Positions 26,620-36,483 of a stretch of 64,000 nucleotides of DNA are shown one piece after another (position 1 is the stretch's first letter; each line of letters starts with the position of its first letter). Origin of the DNA: Bacteroidales bacterium (lineage in GTDB: Bacteria > Bacteroidota > Bacteroidia > Bacteroidales > P3); NCBI GenBank assembly GCA_016280915.1, contig JAEEHQ010000036.1, forward strand, positions 29,269 to 93,268. The letters are read 5' to 3'. The position numbers and the translations under genes were made by a program. The notes beneath the pieces were generated by a model that saw only the letters and a program-made list of their open reading frames with translations, searched no databases and had not been told where the DNA came from.

Positions 26620-27972
26620 ATGAATATGAAGAAGAACATATTGATACTGCTGGCGTTGCTGCCATCCATGCTGTTGGCACAATCCCAACCTCGACAGGTT
26701 GTTGATGGCATAGTGGCAGTTGTAGGGCAGACTATCGTTAAGAATTCCGATGTCGAGCAGGCTTATGTGCAGGTACGTCTTCGTCAGGGATTGGAGAACG
26801 AATATGTCGAGCGTTGCCAATTGCTTGAGAGTATGCTTATCAGTAAATTGTTGGTGCACAAAGGTATCGTGGATAGTGTGGAGGTTACGGACGATCAAGT
26901 GGAAGAGCAGGTACAGTATTACTTGAAGGCCGCCATACGTCAGGCTGGTGGTAAAGACAAGCTCCGCGAGACTTTCCAGTATAGCTATGACGAATTGCAC
27001 GACCAGTATTTCGATCTGTTGCATGATCGCATCCTGAGTCAGAAGGTTGAGTATCAGCTGACAGAGAATGTTAAAGTTACGCCTGCCGAGGTGAGCGAAT
27101 ACTACGCCAAGATCAGTCAGGACAGCTTGCCGCTGATACCCACCCAATATGAGGTATCGGAAATAGTGATAGAACCCACGATAAGTGAAGAGGAGCGTGA
27201 CCGAGTGAGGGGTGAATTGGCAGAGTTACGCGAGCGTATTATTAAAGGCGAGAAATTCAGTATGCTGGCCAAACTCTATTCCCAAGACCCAGGTTCGGCA
27301 TCTAAGGGCGGAGAACTGGGTTTCTTTAGCCGGGGCGACATGGTTAAAGAGTTTGAAACTGCTGCTTTTGCTCTCAAGCCGGGAGAGATTTCTCCCATTG
27401 TGGAAACGGAGTATGGTTTCCATATCCTCCAGCTGATTGAACGCCGTGGTAACACTATCAATGTGCGCCACATTCTTCTTCAGCCCAAGACCTCTTCGGA
27501 TGATTTGCTAAAGGCCCGCATTACTTTGGACAGTTTGGCAGATGAGATTCGTAAAGGAAGTATCACCTTTGAGGCAGCTGCTCAGAAATATAGTAATGGT
27601 CCCAGCAGGGCGCAAGGGGGAACTGTTACCAACCCCTCAACGGGAGGCAATCTGTTTGATAAAGAGGTTTTCAGCCAGCTCTATCCCGGTGTGGGTATCG
27701 TTGGAATGGATGAGAACGAAATCTCTAATGCTACCTCTTTCACTACAACGGAGAACAAGAGTGCCTATTGTCTTATTAAACTCAACAAGAAGATTCCTGA
27801 GCATAAGGCGAACTTGACAGATGACTACGACAGGATTTACAACGCCTGTTTGCAAAATGCCAAGACCGAGAAGGTTGTTGAATGGGCTAATCGTATGACC
27901 AAGACAACCTATATCCGTATTTCGGATGAGTATAAAGGTTGTCCCAATTTTAGGGTCAACTGGCCTAGATAA
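26620..27972 (+). CDS. SurA-like periplasmic chaperone / parvulin PPIase
   Basis: Signal peptide, SurA-N-like helical region, and parvulin core 'GGELGFFSRGDMVKEFE...EYGFHILQLIE'. Confidence 0.8.
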   Translation: MNMKKNILILLALLPSMLLAQSQPRQVVDGIVAVVGQTIVKNSDVEQAYVQVRLRQGLENEYVERCQLLESMLISKLLVHKGIVDSVEVTDDQVEEQVQYYLKAAIRQAGGKDKLRETFQYSYDELHDQYFDLLHDRILSQKVEYQLTENVKVTPAEVSEYYAKISQDSLPLIPTQYEVSEIVIEPTISEEERDRVRGELAELRERIIKGEKFSMLAKLYSQDPGSASKGGELGFFSRGDMVKEFETAAFALKPGEISPIVETEYGFHILQLIERRGNTINVRHILLQPKTSSDDLLKARITLDSLADEIRKGSITFEAAAQKYSNGPSRAQGGTVTNPSTGGNLFDKEVFSQLYPGVGIVGMDENEISNATSFTTTENKSAYCLIKLNKKIPEHKANLTDDYDRIYNACLQNAKTEKVVEWANRMTKTTYIRISDEYKGCPNFRVNWPR

Positions 27973-28018
27973 AACGTTTTCTTGGACTGCTACAAATAAT
28001 AATTGAAAACAAAGAGAA

Positions 28019-28981
28019 ATGTCTGATTCTGCATTATTAGACTCTTTTGTACAGCAATACAGTTCCCTGAAGACTGAGATTGGCAAGGTGATTGTAGGCC
28101 AAGACAAGGCCGTCGACAGTTTGCTGCTCTCCATTTTCACAGGAGGACATTGCCTGTTGGTAGGAGTGCCTGGTTTGGCTAAAACACTAATGGTGAACAC
28201 CCTCTCGCGTGCTTTAGGTCTTACGTTCAGTCGCATTCAGTTTACGCCTGACTTGATGCCTAGCGACATCACCGGTTCGGAAATATTGGACGAAAACCGA
28301 CATTTCCAATTTATCAAAGGACCTGTTTTTGCCAATATCGTATTGGCAGATGAAATAAACCGTACACCCCCAAAAACTCAGGCAGCCCTATTAGAGGCAA
28401 TGCAGGAGAAGTCTGTGACCGTTTCTGGCAAAAGTTATGCCCTGTCAGCTCCTTTTTTTGTTTTGGCCACCCAGAATCCTATCGAGCAGGAGGGTACCTA
28501 TCCATTGCCCGAGGCTCAGTTGGACCGTTTTATGCTGAATATTCGGATGGATTACCCCACTTTTGAGGAGGAGGTGGACATTGTAAAAGGTACTACCGTG
28601 GATAACAATCTGGAGATTAATATGGTCTTGACTGCCGAACAGATACTTGATTATCAAGCTGTCATCCGTCGTATGCCTGTACCAGATAATGTTTGTCAGT
28701 ATGCCGTGAGGCTCTCTTCTTCCACTCGACCAGGGACAGCGGGTTCTCAGTTGGCAAGCAAGTACTTGTCGTGGGGAGCAGGTCCCCGTGCCTCGCAATA
28801 CTTGGTGATGGGTGCCAAGACGCATGCTGCTATGCAGGGCAAGTACTCTCCTGATATAGAAGATGTTCAGGCTGTGGCCGAGGAGGTTTTGCGCCATCGT
28901 ATTGTTCGTAACTATTTTGCCGAAGCTGAGGGGATTACTACAGAGGAGATTGTGGCGCAACTGATTAGTACAAACAAATAG
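28019..28981 (+). CDS. MoxR-family AAA+ ATPase
   Basis: Walker A 'GVPGLAKT', Walker B 'VLADEINR', and 'FFVLATQNPIEQEGTYPLPEAQLDRF'. Confidence 0.9.
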   Translation: MSDSALLDSFVQQYSSLKTEIGKVIVGQDKAVDSLLLSIFTGGHCLLVGVPGLAKTLMVNTLSRALGLTFSRIQFTPDLMPSDITGSEILDENRHFQFIKGPVFANIVLADEINRTPPKTQAALLEAMQEKSVTVSGKSYALSAPFFVLATQNPIEQEGTYPLPEAQLDRFMLNIRMDYPTFEEEVDIVKGTTVDNNLEINMVLTAEQILDYQAVIRRMPVPDNVCQYAVRLSSSTRPGTAGSQLASKYLSWGAGPRASQYLVMGAKTHAAMQGKYSPDIEDVQAVAEEVLRHRIVRNYFAEAEGITTEEIVAQLISTNK

Positions 28982-29018
28982 GTTTCGCTATTACCTATCC
29001 CAATAATCTGTCAGTCTT

Positions 29019-30293
29019 ATGAAAAAGTCTATCGTTATCATTGCGGCACTCTTGTTTGCTTTGTTCTCCATGGCTCAGACCTCTGGGTTGCATATACCTT
29101 CGGACAAGCCGATACGTCCGAAAGATTTGCCAAAGGCTTGGGTCCATCCAGAGGTTTTCTGCCTGCAGCTTTTTTTTGACGATGGTGACAGCGCCTACCG
29201 AGAGGCAGACTTGGATTTGTTGGATTCGGCCTATATGTGCGCGTTTGATCGTGAGAATCCAAGACTTTACACGATGACTATCGAGGCCTATGGCAATGCA
29301 TATAATAATGATATTATGCGTGCGCGCGTAGAGTCGGTTTACCGCTATTTTACTATGCGAGGACATGAGGTGATGCCTGTGCGCTATGCTTATAACCCAA
29401 TCCATTGTAGCTGTCATGGCGACACGGTGGAGTTGGTTCGCTTTGAGGTACCCACTGACAGGTTGGTATACGATTGTTCAGAGCTTCCTGATAGCCGAAA
29501 AATCCTTTCTCCCAATATTCCGTTGACGAATTCGGTCTTGGTCACCTTCCGCGACAATCCTCTCGAGTGCCTTGGCGGGAATAGCGGATGTTATCTGCCC
29601 GCGCAGGACAGTAATATTCGTGCTTATTACACCCAGGTGATACTGAAAAAGGGCTCTATCTATTCTGTGCATAATACGAAAGATTCTTGTCCTCCTCCAG
29701 TGCAACTTTCCATAGAGGAACATTTGGATTATCAGCAGTTGGTTGACCGCTATTTTTTGGTTCCCCATCGACGCCAGATTATCCTGCCAGTAGGTTATGT
29801 GGTGCTTCATTCTAGTTTCAATAGAAAACCTAATGAGTGCCAGTATATGACTGATTCTATTTTTGTCCGTTTTCCTGTCACGGAGGAACAGGTGGAGTCG
29901 GGACTTCGTGTCTTTGGTAAGAGATATACAGATAAAGGTGCGGAGTTCAAGTCATTGCCTACTAAGAAAATCAAGGGTGGCCCTGTTCTTATGATTCAAG
30001 GCTCCATTAATCCTACTATGTTCGACACTATCTTTTTGGCTAAACGAATCAAGGTGGATGAGGTGTCGAAATATCTGTACACAGCAGATTCTCCTACAGA
30101 GCAGGGAGCTGTGACGATTCTTGTGGATGGTGAGGAAAAATATTTTAAACCATTCCGTATCAATAATAAAGGAGAATATGACTTCAAGAAGCCCTTCCGT
30201 GCCATGCTGAGAATAGTGCAAACCGAGGAGGAAGAGTTGAATGAGAATGCCATCAATACTTTTCGTAATGACGGCGATGAAGAACTAGATTGA
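29019..30293 (+). CDS. Secreted hypothetical protein
   Basis: Signal peptide [20 protein letters not shown]. The only resemblance I noted is a degenerate OmpA-C-like stretch, '[28 protein letters not shown]'. Confidence 0.55.
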   Translation: MKKSIVIIAALLFALFSMAQTSGLHIPSDKPIRPKDLPKAWVHPEVFCLQLFFDDGDSAYREADLDLLDSAYMCAFDRENPRLYTMTIEAYGNAYNNDIMRARVESVYRYFTMRGHEVMPVRYAYNPIHCSCHGDTVELVRFEVPTDRLVYDCSELPDSRKILSPNIPLTNSVLVTFRDNPLECLGGNSGCYLPAQDSNIRAYYTQVILKKGSIYSVHNTKDSCPPPVQLSIEEHLDYQQLVDRYFLVPHRRQIILPVGYVVLHSSFNRKPNECQYMTDSIFVRFPVTEEQVESGLRVFGKRYTDKGAEFKSLPTKKIKGGPVLMIQGSINPTMFDTIFLAKRIKVDEVSKYLYTADSPTEQGAVTILVDGEEKYFKPFRINNKGEYDFKKPFRAMLRIVQTEEEELNENAINTFRNDGDEELD

Positions 30294-30321
30294 GATCCAA
30301 ATATATATTAAAAGGCTTATT

Positions 30322-31140
30322 ATGGCTTATTTACAAACTGATGTGACGAAGGTCACAACGCATGTGTTGCAGCGCATGAAACAAAACGGCGAGAAAATCG
30401 CCATGCTTACCGCTTACGATTATTCGATGGCAAAACTATTGGATGCCACCAAGATAGATGTGATTCTCGTGGGAGATTCTGCCGCTAATGTGATGGAGGG
30501 TCACGACACAACACTTCCTATCACCCTCGACGAGATGATTGTCTATGCCGCTTCTGTTAAACGTGCTGTGAAGAGGGCCCTATTGGTGGTGGACATGCCT
30601 TTTGGTACCTATCAGGGCAATTCTAAGATGGCTCTGGCTTCTGCCATACGTATTATGAAAGAAACAGGTGCCGATGCGATTAAACTGGAGGGAGGCGAAG
30701 AGGTGTTGGAGTCCATTACCCGTATTTTAACTGCAGGAATACCTGTGATGGGACATCTGGGTCTTACGCCCCAAAGTATCAATAAGTTCGGAACCTATGC
30801 TGTCCGAGCCACGCAGGATGATGAGGCACAACAGCTCATTCATAATGCTCATGTGCTCGAGGAAGCGGGATGCTTCAGTTTGGTATTGGAGAAAATCCCC
30901 GCCAAGCTGGCTACTCAGGTGACCGATGAGTTAAAGATTCCCACCATCGGTATCGGTGCTGGTTCAGGAACTGACGGACAAGTTCTTGTCCTGCAGGATA
31001 TGTTGGGAATTACCCAGCAGTTCAAACCTCGTTACCTGCGTACTTATGGTAGTTTTGGGGCCGACATCAGCAATGCTGTCCGCCAATATATCAACGACGT
31101 TAAAAGTCAGGAATTTCCCAACGAAAAAGAACAATATTAA
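30322..31140 (+). CDS. panB: 3-methyl-2-oxobutanoate hydroxymethyltransferase
   Basis: '[14 protein letters not shown]...[25 protein letters not shown]' and 'IKLEGG' are canonical PanB blocks. Confidence 0.93.
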   Translation: MAYLQTDVTKVTTHVLQRMKQNGEKIAMLTAYDYSMAKLLDATKIDVILVGDSAANVMEGHDTTLPITLDEMIVYAASVKRAVKRALLVVDMPFGTYQGNSKMALASAIRIMKETGADAIKLEGGEEVLESITRILTAGIPVMGHLGLTPQSINKFGTYAVRATQDDEAQQLIHNAHVLEEAGCFSLVLEKIPAKLATQVTDELKIPTIGIGAGSGTDGQVLVLQDMLGITQQFKPRYLRTYGSFGADISNAVRQYINDVKSQEFPNEKEQY

Positions 31141-31160
31141 AGTTGGGTTGATATTAGAAG

Positions 31161-31196
31161 AAAAAGTGTGCAATGATGGCTATTGCACACTTTTTT
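31161..31196. terminator. Bidirectional rho-independent terminator
   Basis: An A-run, then GTGTGCAAT (31166-31174) paired with ATTGCACAC (31182-31190), then a T-run. It lies between the convergent panB and DUF1846 genes. Confidence 0.7.
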
Positions 31197-31197
31197 C

Positions 31198-32661
31198 TTA
31201 TTTCTTAGGCATTGGGTCAGAAGTGCAGCCGATGCCGAGTTTTTTAAAGATTTTCTGGTCGACTTCGCTGAGCATAACAGTTGAATGTACTTGGCAACCT
31301 TGAAGAAGAGGCAGGGTGTTTAGAGCCTTGCGGCAGGTTTCGTCGTGGAGGCTCAGCATTGAAAGCGCTACTAAGACTTCATCGGTGTGAAGTCTTGGGT
31401 TATTGCCATGCAGAAGGGTTGTTTTGGTATGCTGGATTGGCTCGATGTATTCTTGCGCAATCAATTTGACACTATGGTCTATGTTTGCCAGATGTTTGGT
31501 GGCATTAAGCAGTAGGGCAGCGCAGGCACCAAGAAGAGGGGAGGAGTGTCCGGTGATGATGGTGCCGTCGGCCAGTTCGATGGCTGCGGCAGGCGCATTT
31601 TCTTTCAAGGCACGCTCCTTGGCTGCTATGGTGGTGCGGCGGTCATCGGTGGTAATCTTCATTTGCTTCATCAGCAGGGCGTTCTTATCAACTTCCGACT
31701 CGGGAATTTTGCCCTCAGCATATTTGCATAAGGCGGCATAGTAGCGGCGGATGATTTCGTCTTTTGAGGCTTTGCAGCAGGCTTCGTCGTCGCTGATGCA
31801 GAATCCTGCCATGTTCACACCCATATCGGTGGGTGATTTATAAGGGTTTTCTCCATAGATGCCCTCGAAGATGGCGTTCAGGACGGGAAAAATCTCAATA
31901 TCTCGGTTGTAATTGACGGCAGTCTCACCATACGCTTCGAGGTGGAAGGGGTCAATCATATTCACGTCGTTGAGGTCGGCGGTGGCAGCTTCGTATGCGA
32001 CATTGACGGGATGTTTCAACGGAATACTCCAGATAGGGAAGGTCTCAAATTTGGCATAACCTGCTTTGATGCCGCGTTTGTTTTCTTGGTAAAGTTGGCT
32101 CAAGCAGACAGCCATCTTGCCGCTACCAGGACCTGGAGCTGTGACGACAACCAGAGGTCGAGTGGTTTTGATGTACTCGTTTTTGCCAAATCCATTGTCG
32201 GAACAGATAAGGTCTACATTGGTGGGATAGCCTTCAATCAAATAGTGATAGTAGCAGCTGATGCCGAGGCGTTCAAGGCGTTCGCGAAAGGCATGTGCGC
32301 TGGGTTGTCCGTTGTACTGGGTGATGCATACGGCACTCACCATCAGTCCGCGTTTGCGGAATTCTTCGCGAAGACGGAGAACGTCGTCGTCGTAAGTGAT
32401 GCCAAGGTCAGCACGTACTTTGTTTACCTCAATGTCCTTTGCGCTGATAGCGAAAACTATTTCCGCATCGTCACGCAACTGCATGAGCATTTTTAGTTTG
32501 CTGTCGGGTTCGAAACCTGGCAAAACGCGACTTGCATGAAAGTCGTCAAAGAGTTTTCCGCCAAATTCAAGATAAAGCTTATTGCCGAACTTAGAGATAC
32601 GTTCTTTAATGTGTTCGGACTGAATGGTGAGATACTTCTCGTTGTCAAAACCGTTTTTCAT
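31198..32661 (-). CDS. DUF1846-family protein
   Basis: I prefer the ATG at 32659-32661 (MKNGFDNEKYL...). The 44-codon upstream extension in the track is AT-rich and contains two TATTTTTG promoter motifs. The protein resembles the DUF1846 family at its usual length of about 490 aa. Confidence 0.75.
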   Translation of the reverse strand: MKNGFDNEKYLTIQSEHIKERISKFGNKLYLEFGGKLFDDFHASRVLPGFEPDSKLKMLMQLRDDAEIVFAISAKDIEVNKVRADLGITYDDDVLRLREEFRKRGLMVSAVCITQYNGQPSAHAFRERLERLGISCYYHYLIEGYPTNVDLICSDNGFGKNEYIKTTRPLVVVTAPGPGSGKMAVCLSQLYQENKRGIKAGYAKFETFPIWSIPLKHPVNVAYEAATADLNDVNMIDPFHLEAYGETAVNYNRDIEIFPVLNAIFEGIYGENPYKSPTDMGVNMAGFCISDDEACCKASKDEIIRRYYAALCKYAEGKIPESEVDKNALLMKQMKITTDDRRTTIAAKERALKENAPAAAIELADGTIITGHSSPLLGACAALLLNATKHLANIDHSVKLIAQEYIEPIQHTKTTLLHGNNPRLHTDEVLVALSMLSLHDETCRKALNTLPLLQGCQVHSTVMLSEVDQKIFKKLGIGCTSDPMPKK

Positions 32662-32691
32662 AATACCGTCTTTTTGATTAACAAAAATACG

Positions 32692-32699
32692 GGATGCAA
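32692..32699 (-). promoter_or_regulatory. TAnnTTTG -7 motif (TATTTTTG on the minus strand) for the DUF1846 gene
   Basis: CAAAAATA on the plus strand, with a second copy at 32707-32714. Confidence 0.45.
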
Positions 32700-32817
32700 A
32701 AATAGGATTTTTTTTTGAAATATCGATTTTTTTGTTCCAAATTGTTTTCAACAAAATAATAACAATTGTTGAAATTGTTTGATTTATAAACAAATACGTG
32801 CTTCTAAAATAGAAAAA

Positions 32818-32834
32818 GCCTCCTGTAAGGAGGC
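32818..32834 (-). terminator. Hairpin after floA
   Basis: GCCTCC pairs with GGAGGC, and a T-run follows on the minus strand (plus-strand AGAAAAA at 32811-32817). Confidence 0.5.
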
Positions 32835-32858
32835 CTTTCCTATTTTTGTTGATAATAC

Positions 32859-33851
32859 TTATTTTTGGCCGTCAAGGGGTTTGTTGGCGGTCTTGCCTCC
32901 GGGTTTTGAGAGGCTTTCGCGCATTTCGGTATCGGCCTGAATGTTCTTCATGCGATAATAGTCCATGATGCCCAGATTGCCGTTGCGGAAAGCTTCTGCC
33001 ATGGCCTTTGGCACCTCGGCTTCGGCTTCGATTACTCTTGCACGGGCCTCTTGAGCCTTGGCTTTCATCTCTTGTTCCGATGCAACGGCCATTGCTCTGC
33101 GCTCTTCAGCCTTAGCCTGTGCAATGTTTTTGTCGGCATTGGCTTGATCCATCTGCAACTGGGCACCGATATTCTTACCCACGTCAATGTCGGCAATATC
33201 GATGGAGAGAATTTCAAAAGCAGTACCGCTGTCCAAGCCTTTGGAAAGCACCAGTTTAGAAATAGTATCAGGGTTCTCAAGCACTTGTTTGTGGGTCTCG
33301 GCAGAGCCAATGGCGGTGACAATACCTTCACCAACGCGGGCAAGAATAGTCTCCTCGCCAGCACCACCAACAAGTTGTTTGATGTTGGTACGAACCGTAA
33401 CACGTGCCTTGGCTATGAGCTGAATACCATTCATGGCAACAGCAGCCACAGGGGGAGTGTCGATGACTTTGGGGTTGACTGAGGTCTGCACGGCCTTGAG
33501 CACGTCACGGCCCGCCAAGTCAATTGCGGTGGCCGTGTGAAAATCCAGATTCATGTTGGCCTTATTGGCAGAAATAAGAGCCTGCACTACATTGCCAACG
33601 TTGCCGCCTGCAAGATAGTGGGCTTCCAACTCATTCTGAGAGAGCTTCAGACCCGCCTTGGCACCATTAATCATATTATTGACGATAACACTGGGCGGAA
33701 CCTTACGGAAACGCATGAACATAAGCTGGATAAGCGAAGTGTGTACACCTGATACCAATGCCTGGAACCAGAGACCTACGGGAACCAAATAAAGGAAAAG
33801 GCAGAATAGGATGAAAATCACTACTACCAAAATAATAGTTGTTGGTGTCAT
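32859..33851 (-). CDS. floA: Flotillin-like protein FloA (UPF0365 / YqfA family)
   Basis: '[14 protein letters not shown]', '[16 protein letters not shown]', '[22 protein letters not shown]' and '[22 protein letters not shown]' match the FloA family throughout. Confidence 0.88.
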   Translation of the reverse strand: MTPTTIILVVVIFILFCLFLYLVPVGLWFQALVSGVHTSLIQLMFMRFRKVPPSVIVNNMINGAKAGLKLSQNELEAHYLAGGNVGNVVQALISANKANMNLDFHTATAIDLAGRDVLKAVQTSVNPKVIDTPPVAAVAMNGIQLIAKARVTVRTNIKQLVGGAGEETILARVGEGIVTAIGSAETHKQVLENPDTISKLVLSKGLDSGTAFEILSIDIADIDVGKNIGAQLQMDQANADKNIAQAKAEERRAMAVASEQEMKAKAQEARARVIEAEAEVPKAMAEAFRNGNLGIMDYYRMKNIQADTEMRESLSKPGGKTANKPLDGQK

Positions 33852-33885
33852 AAACTGAATATTAATTGTTAAACGTTAGTATATA

Positions 33886-34389
33886 CTATTCTAAACCATT
33901 ATGTACGTCCTCGAAGCGGTCGTCATTTGGAACTTCGATGACATCGATGCGATACCCTTCTATTCCAACCACCTTGATAGGACGGTCGGGGTCGATAAAT
34001 TTGTTGATGGCATGCACTTCCACTAATTGGTCGTCTATCAGAGCCTTGCCTGTGGGAGCTAAGCGGGCGATGGTGCGGCCAAGCGACCCGATGGCAACGT
34101 TCTGTCCATCGACTTTGTTCACGGTACTGTCGGATTCTTCATTCAGGCTGAATCGTTTCCATGTCTTGGCCTTGAGGAAGATGAAAAGCAAGATGATGGT
34201 AATGGCGGTGCAGATAAGGAGGATAGTGTTTCCCATGGTCTCACCCCACAATGAATAACTCTGCCAGACGCCCAAAATAAGGAGTCCTAGTCCAAAAATA
34301 CCTGCCACACCTCCGGGCAAAGCAACAATCTCGAGGGCCAACAAAACCAGCCCCAAAATCAGGATGATGATTAATAGTGTCGTATTCAT
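33886..34389 (-). CDS. NfeD-family membrane protein (FloA partner)
   Basis: N-terminal helices plus a C-terminal OB-like domain, 'GRTIARLAPTGKALIDDQLVEVHA'. It sits directly upstream of floA, as in other bacteria. Confidence 0.72.
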   Translation of the reverse strand: MNTTLLIIILILGLVLLALEIVALPGGVAGIFGLGLLILGVWQSYSLWGETMGNTILLICTAITIILLFIFLKAKTWKRFSLNEESDSTVNKVDGQNVAIGSLGRTIARLAPTGKALIDDQLVEVHAINKFIDPDRPIKVVGIEGYRIDVIEVPNDDRFEDVHNGLE

Positions 34390-34417
34390 GGTATTTAATT
34401 ATTAATCTAACAAGAAT

Positions 34418-34699
34418 CTATTTAACTATCTCAGTTGTTAACTGTTTGTCCAATAAAGCCGTGTGCATGGGCAATAGGGTCTCGTAGCTTCCATGCTTGA
34501 TGGTGCATTTGCCGTGACAATGAACCAAGATAGCACATTGCTCGGCCTGAGAGTTGGAGATGCGGCAGATGTCAACAAGGGCTTTGATGACATAGTCAAA
34601 GGTGTGTACGTCGTCGTTGTGTAGGACTAAGCTGCAACCGGAGTCCTCGAGCACGTCTGCATCGCTTTCTGATTGTGGTGAAATGAGTGGCTTTTCCAT
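34418..34699 (-). CDS. clpS: ATP-dependent Clp protease adaptor ClpS
   Basis: 'LVLHNDDVHTFDYVIKALVDIC...QAEQCAILVHCHGKC'. Confidence 0.85.
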   Translation of the reverse strand: MEKPLISPQSESDADVLEDSGCSLVLHNDDVHTFDYVIKALVDICRISNSQAEQCAILVHCHGKCTIKHGSYETLLPMHTALLDKQLTTEIVK

Positions 34700-34720
34700 A
34701 GTGGTTAAGTATTGGAAGTG

Positions 34721-35212
34721 TTATTTGGTAGCTTGTAATTGCTGATTATCAATGAGTACTACAGCCTGAGAACTGATGCCCTCTTCACGCCCTTCAAATC
34801 CAAGCCGTTCCGTTGTGGTAGCCTTTACAGAAATCTGGTCAATATCGATGTTCAAGATGTCCGCCATCACCTGCCTCATTTGAGGAATAAAAGGGCCCAC
34901 CTTAGGTTGTTGTGCCACGACGATACTGTCGATGTTGATAATATAATACCCCTTTTTCTCCAGCAGTTCTCCACATTTGCGGAGCAGAATCTTACTGTCA
35001 ATGTCTTTGTACTGAGGGTCTTTATCAGGGAAATGTTTCCCAATATCGCCCAAGGCCGCAGCACCCAGCAATGCATCGCAGATAGCATGGATAAGCACAT
35101 CGGCATCGCTGTGTCCAAGCAACCCTTTGCTGTGAGGCACTTCAACACCCCCCAGCCAAAGCTTTCGGCCGGCAATTAGTTGATGAACGTCATATCCAAT
35201 TCCTACGCGCAT
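34721..35212 (-). CDS. ispF: 2-C-methyl-D-erythritol 2,4-cyclodiphosphate synthase
   Basis: '[11 protein letters not shown]...[19 protein letters not shown]...DIGKHFPD'. Confidence 0.93.
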   Translation of the reverse strand: MRVGIGYDVHQLIAGRKLWLGGVEVPHSKGLLGHSDADVLIHAICDALLGAAALGDIGKHFPDKDPQYKDIDSKILLRKCGELLEKKGYYIINIDSIVVAQQPKVGPFIPQMRQVMADILNIDIDQISVKATTTERLGFEGREEGISSQAVVLIDNQQLQATK

Positions 35213-35214
35213 GA

Positions 35215-36411
35215 TTAGGATTTCTTTGCCTTGATAAGATTGAAGGTGAGCGAGATACGGATGGTGTTGGAAAGAGGGTTACTGCTGAATGCAGTAGTGG
35301 GAATGAGGTAGGCAAAATCAAATTGCATCACATTGTATTTCAGAGCAAATCCAACTGTGGCATACTGGCGGCCACCCTTGGTATCGTTCTCATAGAAATA
35401 TCCAGCACGGGCTGCCAAGGTGTTCTTATACCAATATTCAGCACCCACAGAGTATTGCAGCTCGCGAAGTTCTTCCGAGAAGCCTCCTGGGGCATCGTAG
35501 AACGATTGGATAATGCCCCGCATGACACCGGTATTGTAATACTCGGTCATGTTTTGGTAATAGTCGCTGTAGGTAACATCGCCAACAGTAACAGGTGGCG
35601 TTGGAACCAACAACTTGTTGACATCCGCCACCACATTAATGCGGTTGGACTCGTCAAGCTCGTATGAATAGCGGGCACCCACGCGAAGGTTGGCGGGAAG
35701 GAATTCCTGTCGGGTATCATCGTCAGAGTAGGAGAGCTTGGCGCCCATATTGCTGATGAAGGCACCCACAGCCACCGTTTGTGCCTCGTCGATGGGATGT
35801 TGCCAGTAAAGACCCAAGTCGGCGGCCAAGCTGCGGCCGGGTTTGGTAGTGACATAGCCGCTACCGTCAGATACGTTCTGTCCGTTAGTGAGGTCCGACT
35901 GGATGAAACGGCCGCTGGCACCCAGCGACAGCTCGTCGTTGAGTTTCATGGTATAGGTTACATCGGCAGCAAACTCGTTGGGATTCATGGTGCCGTTGGA
36001 GTTGCCTTCGGGGTCGGTGCTCTGGATTTCACCTAAAGAGAAATAGGTCAGCGAGGCGGCAACGGTGCTACGTGAGTTGATTTTCTTGTAGCCACCTAGA
36101 TAGAGGAGGTTCATGTCACCCACACCCAGGTTGCGGAGCCAAGGAGTATAGGTGGTGCTCAGGCCAAAGTCGCCTTCTATGAAAGCAAACTTGGCGTTGT
36201 TCCAGTGTGCGGAATAAATGTCGGGAGTTGAGGCTACGCCGGCATCGCCCATGGCTCCGGCTGTGGCGTCGGGGGCTATCAGGAGAATGGGCATACCTGT
36301 TGAGATGTAGTTGCGGGTTTGTCCAGTGAGGGCGGCAGGGGTTTGTGCGTTTGTGTTGCAGGCAAAGCCTATCAAGAGTGTGCTGACAAGTAAGGTTGCG
36401 AATCTTTTCAT
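35215..36411 (-). CDS. porV: T9SS outer-membrane shuttle/channel protein PorV (LptO)
   Basis: Signal peptide, '[18 protein letters not shown]', and a C-terminal beta-barrel. It lies immediately downstream of porU, as in Porphyromonas gingivalis. Confidence 0.85.
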   Translation of the reverse strand: MKRFATLLVSTLLIGFACNTNAQTPAALTGQTRNYISTGMPILLIAPDATAGAMGDAGVASTPDIYSAHWNNAKFAFIEGDFGLSTTYTPWLRNLGVGDMNLLYLGGYKKINSRSTVAASLTYFSLGEIQSTDPEGNSNGTMNPNEFAADVTYTMKLNDELSLGASGRFIQSDLTNGQNVSDGSGYVTTKPGRSLAADLGLYWQHPIDEAQTVAVGAFISNMGAKLSYSDDDTRQEFLPANLRVGARYSYELDESNRINVVADVNKLLVPTPPVTVGDVTYSDYYQNMTEYYNTGVMRGIIQSFYDAPGGFSEELRELQYSVGAEYWYKNTLAARAGYFYENDTKGGRQYATVGFALKYNVMQFDFAYLIPTTAFSSNPLSNTIRISLTFNLIKAKKS

Positions 36412-36483
36412 TAATCTAATTTACTTCGTTATTATTCCAAAAACGGAAGTGGCCTTTTTTTATTGTTTTGAGGAGATATTTTT

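Noticed and set aside
32495-32520. 'GGGTTCGAAACC' resembles a tRNA T-loop.
   Set aside because: It lies inside the DUF1846 coding sequence. No acceptor, D-arm or anticodon arm can be drawn around it. No tRNA-like structure was seen in any intergenic region.
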